Positions 41,079 through 50,769 of a stretch of DNA of 64,000 nucleotides are shown here, in pieces. Positions within the stretch are counted from its first letter, which is position 1, and each line of letters begins with the position of its first letter. The notes beneath the pieces were generated by a model. The model did no database searches, was not told the origin of the DNA, and was given only the letters and a program-made list of their open reading frames with translations. The translations under genes and the position numbers were made by a program. The stretch spans positions 9,617-73,616 of the forward strand of contig CBDCYW010000010.1 of NCBI GenBank assembly GCA_965224245.1, read 5' to 3'. The stretch is from Candidatus Eiseniibacteriota bacterium. GTDB lineage: Bacteria; Eisenbacteria; RBG-16-71-46; CAZAMP01.

Positions 41079-43460
41079 ATGAGGACCTCGTCACCGCGTG
41101 CAGCACGCATTCGCGCATTGCAACTCGCGACCCCAGTCACCCTGATCGCGATGCTCGCTCATGCCGGCGATGACGGTCGATGGTCGGACGCCTTCATCGC
41201 CCCGGGGACCGACAACGGCATCGCGCGGTGCATGGTCCGGTACAACGGAGACCTGGTAGTCGGCGGATGGCACCTACAAGCCGACATCGGTCCCGATCTG
41301 GTGCTGCGTTTTCGAGATGGCAACTGGGAGCGGATGGGGGAAGGGATCGGGTACTACTCCGGATATGTGACCCCACCGAGTGTCTTCGATCTCGAGATCT
41401 TCCAGGGCGATCTCTACGCCAGCGGCCGCCTCGACTCGGCGGGCGTGCATCCGTCCTTCGGCATCGCGCGCTGGGACGGTAGTCAGTGGTGGCCACTCCC
41501 CGGAGATGAGTTTCGAGCCATCTACGCCATGGAGGAGTTCGAGGACCAGCTCGTCGTGACGGGTGAGATGTATCAGGTCGACGGCCTCGCTGTCGAACGT
41601 GTGGCTCGCTGGTCGGGCACCGAGTGGTCTCCCATGGGATCGCTCCTGGACTACGGTGCCTCGGACCTCATCGTCTACCAGGGTGAGCTCTACGCGGCCG
41701 GCCACTTTTGCTCCGACGAGTGGTGCGAAGACTCCCAGATCCTGAAGAGATGGTCCGGGACCGCGTGGGACTCGGTGGCCGCGGGTGACGGATGGGTCAC
41801 TCGCATGACGGAGTTTCAGGGCGAGCTCGTCCTTGCCGGTGACATCCACGAGGTCGAAGGAGCGCCCGCCCAGAACATCGTCGCCTGGAATGGAACCTCA
41901 TGGCGCACGCTCGGTGGCGGGCTCTCGCGCTCCGATGGTGACCACCCGGACGCGATGATGGGTCTCGCCAAGTTTGCGGGCGACCTCATCGTGTCCGGTG
42001 ATTTCGATCTCGCCGGCGGCGTGCCGGTCAGTGGGATCGCGCGATGGGACGGAGCCCAATGGACGCCCATCGAGCCCGGGATCGAGTCGGAGTGGGATCG
42101 GGCGGACTTCCTGCTGGCCGAACCGGACACGCTGTACGTGGGAGGCTCCTTCGGGGCTATCGGCGGTGTTGGAGCGTGGAACGTGGCCCGCTGGGATGGT
42201 CAGACGTTTCGTCCCTGGCGCACCGGCGAGGCCGTGAGCGGCAGCGTGGAGGCCCTGACTGTGTGGGGCGGCCACGTCGTGGCCGGCGGCTGGTTCGACG
42301 GGGCCGGAAGCGTCCCGTCGGGTGCCGTGATGATGCTGGACGGGGAGTCCTGGCGCGCGTTCGGGCACGACCAGCTCGTCGCCGTTCATGACTTCGAGTA
42401 TCACGAGGGCCAGCTCGTGGCCGCCCAGGGGACCGGGTTCTTCGGGGTGACTCAGCATGTGATGGTGTTCGACGGCGCGGACTGGGTCCCGCTCGGTGAT
42501 GGTGAGGGTTTCGGCGACGGAGAACCGCTCGTCCTGCTGTCGCTCGATGGCGTGCTCTACGCGGGCGGGTACTTCCAGACGGTCGATGACGTTCCGTTGC
42601 CATACCTGGCCCGATGGATCGATGGGTCGTGGAGTGGGTTCGGGGCGCCGTCGGACCCCGTGTTCGCCTTCGCCGGTGACACCGCGAACCTCTACGTGGG
42701 TGGCGAGTTCACGAGCGTGGACGGGATCCCCGCGAACAACGTGGCCCGGTGGAACGGCTCGTCGTGGTCATCGATGGGAGCCGGGACTCCGGGGCCTGTC
42801 TTCGCGCTGGCTATGCACGACGGTGACCTCCTAGCCGGCGGACGTGGGACCGGTGTCGGGTTTCTCCTACGCTGGAACGGTCTGGCCTGGGTGGACGTGG
42901 GCGCCAGCCCGGATTGGCATGTCTGTGAGATGGTTCCGCTGGGAACCGACCTGTACGTGGGTGGGGGGTTCACGACCATCGGTGGGATCACGGCGAACCA
43001 CATCGCCCGCTGGGATGGATCCGTCTGGAGCACGTTCGGCAGCGGACTCAATGGCGCGGCCTGTGCGCTTCTTCCGCGCGGCGATCTCTACGTCGGTGGC
43101 AACTTCACCATGGCGGGTGGCAAGGTATCGCTGAGGTTCGCGCGCTGGGATGCGGACATCGTCGCCACGCCCGACGTTCCGGTGCGAGGCGGATTGCGTG
43201 TGGACGCCGCGAGTCCGATGCCCGTCGATGGGGGCATCGTCATCCGAAGCGATCCACCGGGTGTGGTCTCCATGGCGGTCTTCGACGTGGCGGGCCGGCA
43301 GCTCGGCTCGACGACCGCGAACGCCCGGCCAGAGGGTACCATCGTTTCGCTACGCTCACTTCTCCCGGCGACGCGAGTCAGCGGCCCCTGCGTCATCTTC
43401 CTTCGGGCCGCATCATCGCTCGCGGAGGTCGTGACACGACTCGTGGTGTGGCCCGAGTGA
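41079..43460 (+). CDS. Secreted beta-propeller repeat protein with degenerate FlgD-like C-terminal domain
   Basis: Signal peptide, many ARWDGxxW repeats, VFDVAGRQL. Confidence 0.8.
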   Translation: MRTSSPRAARIRALQLATPVTLIAMLAHAGDDGRWSDAFIAPGTDNGIARCMVRYNGDLVVGGWHLQADIGPDLVLRFRDGNWERMGEGIGYYSGYVTPPSVFDLEIFQGDLYASGRLDSAGVHPSFGIARWDGSQWWPLPGDEFRAIYAMEEFEDQLVVTGEMYQVDGLAVERVARWSGTEWSPMGSLLDYGASDLIVYQGELYAAGHFCSDEWCEDSQILKRWSGTAWDSVAAGDGWVTRMTEFQGELVLAGDIHEVEGAPAQNIVAWNGTSWRTLGGGLSRSDGDHPDAMMGLAKFAGDLIVSGDFDLAGGVPVSGIARWDGAQWTPIEPGIESEWDRADFLLAEPDTLYVGGSFGAIGGVGAWNVARWDGQTFRPWRTGEAVSGSVEALTVWGGHVVAGGWFDGAGSVPSGAVMMLDGESWRAFGHDQLVAVHDFEYHEGQLVAAQGTGFFGVTQHVMVFDGADWVPLGDGEGFGDGEPLVLLSLDGVLYAGGYFQTVDDVPLPYLARWIDGSWSGFGAPSDPVFAFAGDTANLYVGGEFTSVDGIPANNVARWNGSSWSSMGAGTPGPVFALAMHDGDLLAGGRGTGVGFLLRWNGLAWVDVGASPDWHVCEMVPLGTDLYVGGGFTTIGGITANHIARWDGSVWSTFGSGLNGAACALLPRGDLYVGGNFTMAGGKVSLRFARWDADIVATPDVPVRGGLRVDAASPMPVDGGIVIRSDPPGVVSMAVFDVAGRQLGSTTANARPEGTIVSLRSLLPATRVSGPCVIFLRAASSLAEVVTRLVVWPE

Positions 43461-43481
43461 GTCACGTAAGTGACGGTAGGG

Positions 43482-43811
43482 CTAGCCGAGCGCACCTCGC
43501 TGTTCATCCCACCGAACCGACCGCAACGCCTTCCGAAGCCGCCGCTCCCCAACCACGACCGTCCCATCGAGCAGCGTCACCTGGATGTCCGGCGCCAGCC
43601 CCAGCAGCGCCGTGATCTGCGACACCCTCGCCCTCGACACGCCGGCGACCCGGGCGACCTCGGCGTAGGACTCGACGCGCCCGTCTCGCACCATCTCGTC
43701 GAGCACGAGCGCCAGCGCCATGAGCCGGGCTGATCGGGGCACGGTGGGGACCTCGGGCTCAGGGGAAGGGGCAGGTTCGGGGCGAAACGTGGCGCGGATG
43801 GTCACGCTCAT
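43482..43811 (-). CDS. Small HTH-like protein typical of recombinase/DUF2924 modules
   Basis: YAEVARVAGVSRARVSQITALLGLAPDIQ...WDEQR. Confidence 0.7.
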   Translation of the reverse strand: MSVTIRATFRPEPAPSPEPEVPTVPRSARLMALALVLDEMVRDGRVESYAEVARVAGVSRARVSQITALLGLAPDIQVTLLDGTVVVGERRLRKALRSVRWDEQRGALG

Positions 43812-45337
43812 GGGTGACCTCCGGGCAGAAGCGCGGCCGCTCCCTCACGAAACGTGATCGCCACCTCGCCCGACGCCCCGTCGTAGTCGACACGCTCGAC
43901 GAGCAACCCCAACGCCTCGGCCTTCTCACGCGCCGTCAGCCGCGCCCATAGCGCGCCGAACTCCGACAGGGCGTCCGAGACGCCCGTGCGGTTGATCGTG
44001 CGGCCACGCACGGCTGTGAGCGTTTCCTGGGCCACACGGCGGCGACGTTCGGTGGTCTTGGCGCGTCGCGTAATCTCGGTGATGCGATCGTCGTCGCCAT
44101 CCTCACGAGCGCGGTTGAGTTCTCCTCGGAGCTGCTTGATCTCGGCGTCGAATAGGCGGAGATCGTTGCCGAGCTCCTTGACGCGGGCCTTCGCCTGGGC
44201 CTTCGCCGAGGCGACGGTGGCGGCGATCAGCTTCGGATCGTTGCCGATGCCCCGGATCTGGTCGATGACGAACGCTTCGATCTCCCCGGCGGCGACCGGC
44301 GCGGTGGGGCAGACCTGGGCGCCCTCCTTCTGGCGACGGGTGCAGGCGTAGTACTTGTAGCGGCGAGAGCCCCTCGTCGTCGCCGTGCGCGTCATCGCGG
44401 CGTCGCACGCCGCGCAGCGGAGCACGCCCGCCAGCATCGCCGTGCGCTTCGTCTTCGGGGCCGAGCCGTTGGTGACGCGGTTCCCGCGAAGGCACGCCTG
44501 GGCTGCCTCGAATGTGTCAACGTCGACGATCGCCTCGTGCTCGGCCTCGACCACCTCGTCGCCGCAGCGGATGCGACCCACGTAGAGCACGTTCGTCAGG
44601 AGCTTCTGGAGGGTCGACTTACCGAAGGCCGTGTCGCCGTGAGTCTTGCCCGCGGCCGACGTCCACCGCTTCGTCGTCCAGCCCCGGCGGCGCGCCTCGG
44701 CGACGGTGGCCGACAGCGATCGCGTCTCCAGGTAGGCGCGGAAGATCATGCGGACCCGTTCCGCCTCGCCCTCGTTGACCACGAGCCGGCCACCACCTTC
44801 GGCCACGTCGTACCCGAGCACCGGCACGCCTCCGGTCCACTGGCCTCGACGCCGCGCTGCCCGCATCTTGTCCCGCGTCCGCTCCCGGATCATCTCTCGC
44901 TCGAACTCCGCGAAGCTCATCAGCATGTTCAGCGTCAGCCGGCCCATCGACGACGACGTGTCGAGCTGTTGAGTGACCGACACGAGGCCCACCTCGTGCT
45001 TCTCCAGCGTCTGCATGATCCGCGCGAAGTCCAGCAGCGAGCGGGAGAGTCGGTCGACCTTGTACACGACGATCCGGTCGATCAGGCCCGCCTCGACGTC
45101 GCGCAGCAGCCGCTGGAACGCTGGACGCTCGGTTGTGCCACCTGAGAAACCGCCGTCGTCGTAGCGATCGGGAAGTGGCACCCACCCGAGACCAGCCTGT
45201 GACCGGACGAATGACTCAGCCGACTCGCGCTGGGCGTCGAGGGTGTTGAACGCCTGATCCAGGCCCTCGTCGGTCGACTTCCGGGTGTAGATGGCGCAGC
45301 GCACCTCGGCGGTTGACGTGGTCGACAGGACGGCCAT
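43808..45337 (-). CDS. Large serine recombinase (resolvase, recombinase and Zn-ribbon domains)
   Basis: CAIYTRKS, YKVDRLSRS, FERE, GGVPVLGY, CAAC...YYAC. Confidence 0.95.
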   Translation of the reverse strand: MAVLSTTSTAEVRCAIYTRKSTDEGLDQAFNTLDAQRESAESFVRSQAGLGWVPLPDRYDDGGFSGGTTERPAFQRLLRDVEAGLIDRIVVYKVDRLSRSLLDFARIMQTLEKHEVGLVSVTQQLDTSSSMGRLTLNMLMSFAEFEREMIRERTRDKMRAARRRGQWTGGVPVLGYDVAEGGGRLVVNEGEAERVRMIFRAYLETRSLSATVAEARRRGWTTKRWTSAAGKTHGDTAFGKSTLQKLLTNVLYVGRIRCGDEVVEAEHEAIVDVDTFEAAQACLRGNRVTNGSAPKTKRTAMLAGVLRCAACDAAMTRTATTRGSRRYKYYACTRRQKEGAQVCPTAPVAAGEIEAFVIDQIRGIGNDPKLIAATVASAKAQAKARVKELGNDLRLFDAEIKQLRGELNRAREDGDDDRITEITRRAKTTERRRRVAQETLTAVRGRTINRTGVSDALSEFGALWARLTAREKAEALGLLVERVDYDGASGEVAITFREGAAALLPGGHP

Positions 45338-45339
45338 CG

Positions 45340-45834
45340 TCAGTCCCTCGCTCCCTTGAGCCAGAACACCTTGCCGTTCCAGGTCACGCCCGTCGCGGCC
45401 CGCGCCGCCCCGCTGAGCGAGCGGTACACGTCGCCGTCGAACTCGAAGCCGCCGTGTTCGAGGACCCGGCACTCCAGGACGCGGCCGCGGTACTCCCGGC
45501 GGAGCACCGTGCCGGCGGGCGGGAGGTTGAGATGGCGCGATTGCAGGCGATTGCGGACGCGAGGCGACGTGCGGGCGCCGGCCTCGGTGGCAGACGGCGG
45601 TCGCGTGCGCAAGAAGGCGAAGTCGGCCAGCTCCCGTGCCCGGGCCATCACGGCCTCAGGGTGACCGCTGAACCCCTCGGCGTCGGCCTGGAGCTTCCAG
45701 GCGATCCGCTTCACCAGGTGGGGCTTCGAATGCGAGCGCGTCTCCTCGCCCCACACCTCCCGGTAGCGCCGCTGGAGCTCGCGGACCGTCATGGCGCGCA
45801 GCTTGTCGATCTCCACTTCGGTGTCGGGGCTCAC
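45340..45834 (-). CDS. DUF2924-family protein
   Basis: LVKRIAWKLQ, PAGTVLRREYRG, YRSLSGAARAATGVTWNG. Confidence 0.88.
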   Translation of the reverse strand: MSPDTEVEIDKLRAMTVRELQRRYREVWGEETRSHSKPHLVKRIAWKLQADAEGFSGHPEAVMARARELADFAFLRTRPPSATEAGARTSPRVRNRLQSRHLNLPPAGTVLRREYRGRVLECRVLEHGGFEFDGDVYRSLSGAARAATGVTWNGKVFWLKGARD

Positions 45835-46301
45835 GCGTTCGCCTCGTTGGCCGTTGCGCTCGACCGCCTGGACAACGAGTCGAGGATCTTTCGTGGAAGG
45901 TGGCCTCGAAAGAGCGTCCACGTATCGGCTGGGAGACGCACTAGCTTGACGTAGCGCACCGAGGACCCGTCACGGTTTGTGTGAACTCGATCGAAGCGCT
46001 CAAGCTGGAGGAAGCGCCGCGACACGATCCGCCAGCGGTTGTCCACCATCGAACTGTCGCGGACCGCAAGTCCGCTGCGTCCATCGGAGTACTTGTGGAC
46101 CACGACATGAAGCATAGCTGCGCCATTGGTGTCCCATTCGGGAAACACAATGGTGTGGGGCATCCCAAGTTCAAGTCGGCTCGGGTTACGAATCGGTTCG
46201 AGTTGATCGGGCTGCATGAGTCGTTCCTCGCTCTCTTTGGGTACCTCTGATACAGGCTGCCACGGAACAGCTTCAGCTGCAGGAGCTTGGTCTACGGTCA
46301 T
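45831..46301 (-). CDS. Hypothetical protein
   Basis: GAGGAGG SD; stop overlaps the DUF2924 start. Confidence 0.55.
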   Translation of the reverse strand: MTVDQAPAAEAVPWQPVSEVPKESEERLMQPDQLEPIRNPSRLELGMPHTIVFPEWDTNGAAMLHVVVHKYSDGRSGLAVRDSSMVDNRWRIVSRRFLQLERFDRVHTNRDGSSVRYVKLVRLPADTWTLFRGHLPRKILDSLSRRSSATANEANA

Positions 46302-46476
46302 GGTCCTCCTCGCTCAGGGTGTCAACCGTGGGGTTATGGACGCTCGCGTGGGCGGGGACATCAAGTGGTTCCTCTCGCTCGGGAGTGGGAGTCGGCCTAA
46401 CGGACAAGATGAGCCGGAGATAGCCACGGGCTAGGAGACAAGCCAACGCTCTGAACTGGTCGGGGGACTCCATCAT
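46273..46476 (-). CDS. Small hypothetical protein
   Basis: LACLLARGYLRL...PLDVPAHASVH pattern; overlaps the shared promoter-like motif. Confidence 0.4.
   Translation of the reverse strand: MMESPDQFRALACLLARGYLRLILSVRPTPTPEREEPLDVPAHASVHNPTVDTLSEEDHDRRPSSCS
46336..46366 (-). promoter_or_regulatory. Promoter-like motif upstream of the DUF2924/recombinase operon
   Basis: Minus strand ACTTGATG...CGAGCGTCCAT, close match to 39384-39415. Confidence 0.55.
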
Positions 46477-46539
46477 GATGATCCCGCCTCTCTCTTTTCA
46501 GCGGACCCATGAAAGGCCCGTGCAAGGCAGCTCAGTCAT

Positions 46540-47400
46540 GTGTTTAAGTACGCGAGACGATGCGGCTGTGACGGAGTGAGCTTTCGGGGCGGATCGGGCC
46601 CGCTGGGGACTGAACGACCACTGGGAGGTAAGGTGACCGACGCGAGCAATGAAAGGGGAACGGACACTGAGCACGTTCTCGAGGCCAGCAGGAACCTGTT
46701 GGCGTCAATGGATGAGCTTCAGAGGCCGTATCTGGAGTTCCGCCAGACTCCAGAATTCCGGGACTGTCAGACGCAATTGCTGGAGTCCTCGCGACGGGTT
46801 CAGCTGTTCGCAGAGTCGATTGCGGCACCAATCACGGAATTGCAGCAGACGGTCCCCCTGTTTTCGATTCCAGGGGGAGAGGTTCTCTCGGAGGCGTGTC
46901 GCGCATTTTCAGAGCACTATGCCCCATTGGCAAGTGTCGCGTCGGACCTATGTGGTGCGAAGAACGCGTTTGAGGCTCCTCTTACCCGGGTCAACCCCCT
47001 CCGTTTGAAGCGGCTTCCCGATCCCGATGACTTGTTGCTTCGGTCATCCAGCCCCGTTCACCCTCCGCCCATCCTCCCGGTCCAGGCCGAAGAGGACCAT
47101 CGCGTCTCCGATCCCACTCCCAATCGAACTGACGACGCCATCATCCGTGGGAACGAACACTTGCTCACCAACGAACGACTCCCCGGCCTGATCCTCACCG
47201 CTGATTTCCGGGCCGCGTGGTGGGGAACGATGGCATTCTCTTTCCACACCGGGACAGGCTGCAATCTTGCAAGAGATCTGGGACCGAAGTCAGTACGGAC
47301 CGTGCGATATCAGCATCCACGCGGCCACCGAGTTCTCCGGCTTCAGGAGCAAGAAGGTCCTCTCAGGTCTTTCGGCGATCAGCAGCCTGGAAGTCCTTGA
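46540..47400 (+). CDS. Hypothetical protein, possibly degenerate
   Basis: 286-codon ORF with no recognised motif. Confidence 0.35.
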   Translation: MFKYARRCGCDGVSFRGGSGPLGTERPLGGKVTDASNERGTDTEHVLEASRNLLASMDELQRPYLEFRQTPEFRDCQTQLLESSRRVQLFAESIAAPITELQQTVPLFSIPGGEVLSEACRAFSEHYAPLASVASDLCGAKNAFEAPLTRVNPLRLKRLPDPDDLLLRSSSPVHPPPILPVQAEEDHRVSDPTPNRTDDAIIRGNEHLLTNERLPGLILTADFRAAWWGTMAFSFHTGTGCNLARDLGPKSVRTVRYQHPRGHRVLRLQEQEGPLRSFGDQQPGSP

Positions 47401-47664
47401 TTGGCCCCGGCATCCGTCGCGGCACTGTGCGGTTCTTTCCTCGGCGTACCGACGCCTAGCCCCCTTCATCCCCGCCTGCCTCGGATCCCATTGTAAAGAA
47501 TTTGCAGCCAATCCCCTGTCACAACGACGTTTAGCGGCGTCACCGATATGTCACCCGAGTTAGTCCCAGCCGTGCCCCGTCTGTCTCCCTCGGCATCGGA
47601 CATTGCCCCAAGCAGGGGGCGCGACCGCGCTTCCCATCAACAGTCGATGTCCGGAGGTGAGGTC

Positions 47665-47985
47665 ATGAGACGACGGAAGAGCGAGCTGAGTCCGCCACGT
47701 CAGAGGCTCGTCGAGCTGATGCAGCGGATCAACTTTGGCCGGATCGAGGCACTCGAACTGCGTGATGGAGAGCCCGTGCTCGATCCCTCCGCTCACATCG
47801 TCCGGTCGATCCGACTGGGGATCGCGACGACGACGTCGCGGCCGGAGTCAGGACTGCGCGACTTCGTGCTCAAGGATCGGGTCGTCGACCTGTTCGATCG
47901 GATTGATGAGGTCCACACCGGGCAGGTAGACCGGATCGACATCCAGGAGGGCTTACCGGTCCAGATCCAGCTTCGCGGTCTGTAG
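47665..47985 (+). CDS. Hypothetical element protein
   Basis: GGAGG SD; LSPPRQRLVELMQRINFGRIE...GEPV. Confidence 0.65.
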   Translation: MRRRKSELSPPRQRLVELMQRINFGRIEALELRDGEPVLDPSAHIVRSIRLGIATTTSRPESGLRDFVLKDRVVDLFDRIDEVHTGQVDRIDIQEGLPVQIQLRGL

Positions 47986-48117
47986 ACGCTTCAATAACCT
48001 ACTCGACGACGAACCTACCGAATACCGGCGGTCGTGGTGAGCACCGACAGCTCCTACGACCGCCTTCCCCCCCCATGCCGTCGCCGCTCGCCATGCCCCC
48101 CGGCTTCAGGGGGAAAG

Positions 48118-48760
48118 ATGGCTGACTCAAATGCAAATCGCGCACCCGACTCCGAAGTTGCACGGATTGTTCGCCGGACGGCGCGGCGACTTCGCCAGAC
48201 CCGAGACTTCCGTCACGAGGAACTCCAGGAGCTGGAGCAGGAACTGTGGCAGCGCTTCTATCAAGCCAACAGCCGATTCGATGGCAGCCGCGCCTCATGG
48301 TCTCGTTTCGCGCGCATGATCCTGCGCTGCGCGGCGGTGTCGATCCTTCGTCACGCCCGGGCCCACCGGCGGGGATCGGCGGAGTGTGCTCTGTAGCCTG
48401 GACGCGGAGATCGGGGATGACACGTGGGAGGGCACTCCCACATCGATGGAGGAATACCTGGTCTCCGCGGGACTGCTGGAGGGCGGAGACGGAAGCGAAT
48501 GGGCAGATCTCTCAATCGATCTGGGTCGGGCACTGGCGGGCGCTCCATCAGAACTGCAAGAGCTGGCGAGACTTCTTCCAGATCACACACTGGTCGAAGC
48601 CGCACGCATCTTGGGTGTCCCACGTACGACCCTTCACGATCGTCGTCGCCGATTGGGGGAGTTCCTCGATCGGCGGGGTGTTGGGCCATCGGCCGACGTT
48701 TCACGTCGCGATCGCGTACCTAACGTGAAGAGAGCTGATGGAGCCGAGGAGGAAGAATGA
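48118..48760 (+). pseudogene. Sigma-70/ECF-like factor, frameshifted near 48385
   Basis: Region-2-like QELEQEL...RFDGSRASWSRF in one frame; region-4 HTH EAARILGVPRTTL in another. Confidence 0.7.
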
Positions 48761-49107
48761 GCGTACCAGCGTATCTCTACCGATTCGAGGACTGGGTGGA
48801 GCGTCAGCATGTCGACGACTCGCTGTCGCTGGCCATCTTGGCCGCCGAAGGGATCCACGGTGAGAGCCGCGTGAGACTAGCCGAGGTGCCGACCCTCGAC
48901 TGGACGACCCGAACCTGTTGGGTCGACGCCACGACACCCGTGGGGCGGACCATTGCTCGAGTCCTGACTTGTCTCCTCTCGCGCGAGTTTGGTGATCAGG
49001 GGTTCTGTGTCGAACGGAGCGCGACGAGAGCGGAGTGCTCAAGTGGTGAGGGGATGGGTTTCGCCTGGAGGCGGTCCAGCCGTTCTCAGCGAGGCCAGAA
49101 GGGATGA
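48757..49107 (+). CDS. Hypothetical element protein
   Basis: LAILAAEGIHGESRVRL; ATGA coupling to the upstream gene. Confidence 0.6.
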   Translation: MSVPAYLYRFEDWVERQHVDDSLSLAILAAEGIHGESRVRLAEVPTLDWTTRTCWVDATTPVGRTIARVLTCLLSREFGDQGFCVERSATRAECSSGEGMGFAWRRSSRSQRGQKG

Positions 49108-49110
49108 CCG

Positions 49111-49862
49111 ATGATCGTACTACCGACTGAGAAGACTGCGCCAACATCGGACCTATCGGGGGGTCTCAGCACTGATCTTCGGCCCCGGGAAGATTGGAAA
49201 GTCGACCTTCTGCTCGAGAGCGGACGAAGCTGTCTTCCTCGCCACCGAACCCGGACTCAATGCCCTCGAGACCTACCAGGTGCCCGTGACGTCCTGGAGG
49301 GAGCTCCTGGCGGCGTGTTCCCTGTTGGCGGAGGGCAAACATCCGTTCAAGACCGTCATCATCGATACGATCGACAACGCGTACCGCATGTGTTCGGTCC
49401 ACATCTGCGAGAAGCACCAGGTCGAGCATGAGTCCGACCTCAGCTACGGCAAGGGGGTTCTCGCTCGTGAATGGGGAGTTCCACCGAGTGCTGACGCGGA
49501 TGGCGTTTCTTCCCTATGGGCTCTACCTGGTGTCGCACTCGCAAGAGAAGGAGATCGCGACACGGACCGGTCGCCACTCCCGGATCATCCCGACCCTGCC
49601 GGAGAAGGCTCACCAGATCGTGATCGGACTCGTGGATCTGATCCTCTTCTGCGACGTAGAGACGGTTACGGCCCCCGATGGGCAGACCCATTACCGGCGG
49701 GTCATCCGGACCAGGCCGAGCGCTCGATATGACGCCGGCGACCGCACCGGCCGTCTCCCCGAGACTCTCTCACTCGACTATGACGTATTTGCAGCGGCGT
49801 TCCACCGAGGGGCGGACCCCGCGAGCGTCGTGGTGGGAACTCATGACCAACTCACAGATTGA
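49111..49862 (+). pseudogene. AAA_24/Sak4-like phage ATPase split by two frameshifts in G runs
   Basis: GPGKIGKST, ATEPG, IIDTID, LVSH spread over three frames; G6 at 49158-49163 and G5 at 49453-49457. Confidence 0.78.
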
Positions 49863-49886
49863 CGCGGACCGAAAGGATGGATCGCC

Positions 49887-50321
49887 ATGACCCAGAGCAA
49901 TGTCGGCCGGCCGGATCTCTCGCGCTTCGATGGAGCCTATGCCGCCGCACCCACCGGAGATGAGGACATTCCCGATGGCAAGTACCTCGCGAGGATCGAG
50001 AACGTGGAGCTGACGACATCGCGGGAGAAGCAGACGCCCATGCTCAAGTGGACGTTGGTCATCACCGGGCCCCAGTTCGTCGGATGCAAGCTCTGGCGAT
50101 ACAACCTGCTCGCAACCGACGAGAACGCCGCGTGGCTGAAGAAGGATCTCCATCGGTGTGATGTCGATCTGGAGAAGCTTTCCGATCTGCCGGACCACCT
50201 CCATCGGCTCCTGGATGTTGTCGTGGAGGTAACCAAGCGCACGAGAGGGGAGTTCACGAACGTGTACATCAACCGCCGCGTGAGTGCCGGGGGCGAGGCT
50301 GATGCCGGGATGCCGTTCTGA
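49887..50321 (+). CDS. DUF669-like phage ssDNA-binding protein
   Basis: IPDGKYLARI...MLKWTL...NVYIN; ends in ...DAGMPF; follows the Sak4-like gene. Confidence 0.75.
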   Translation: MTQSNVGRPDLSRFDGAYAAAPTGDEDIPDGKYLARIENVELTTSREKQTPMLKWTLVITGPQFVGCKLWRYNLLATDENAAWLKKDLHRCDVDLEKLSDLPDHLHRLLDVVVEVTKRTRGEFTNVYINRRVSAGGEADAGMPF

Positions 50322-50769
50322 TCACGGTCCGGTGATCGTCATCGATACGCGTGAACAGAAACCGTATGCCTTCGACCCAGATCGAGCGCCCACGCTCACT
50401 CGGATGCTGCCGGCCGGGGACTACTCCCTGGCCGGACTCGAGGAGGACGTCGCGATCGAGCGAAAGTCCCTCGATGATCTGGTGAACACGGTGATCTGGG
50501 AGTGGGACCGGTTCGAGAAGGAGCTCCTGGTGCTCGGCACCTACGACGCCGCCTGCATCGTCGTCGAGGGTGATCTCACCGACATCCGGCAGGGTCGCTA
50601 CCGGTCGGCCGCCCACCCCAATGCGGTGCTCGGTCGACTGCTCGCGATCCAGCTGCGCCATCGCATCCCGGTGCTGTTCGGCTCGAACCGGGACGCGGCC
50701 AGGTGGCTCGTTGAGACCTACCTCCGGCGGTATCACCGCGAGCGTGTGGCCGTGGAGGGAAGACGATGA
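50302..50769 (+). CDS. ERCC4-domain nuclease
   Basis: IDTREQ, GDYS, IERKSLDDL, VVEG. Confidence 0.88.
   Translation: MPGCRSDHGPVIVIDTREQKPYAFDPDRAPTLTRMLPAGDYSLAGLEEDVAIERKSLDDLVNTVIWEWDRFEKELLVLGTYDAACIVVEGDLTDIRQGRYRSAAHPNAVLGRLLAIQLRHRIPVLFGSNRDAARWLVETYLRRYHRERVAVEGRR

Noticed and set aside
43461-43474. GTCAC-GTAA-GTGAC palindrome as a serine-recombinase att site
   Set aside because: Short, and no partner was found at the other end of the element.
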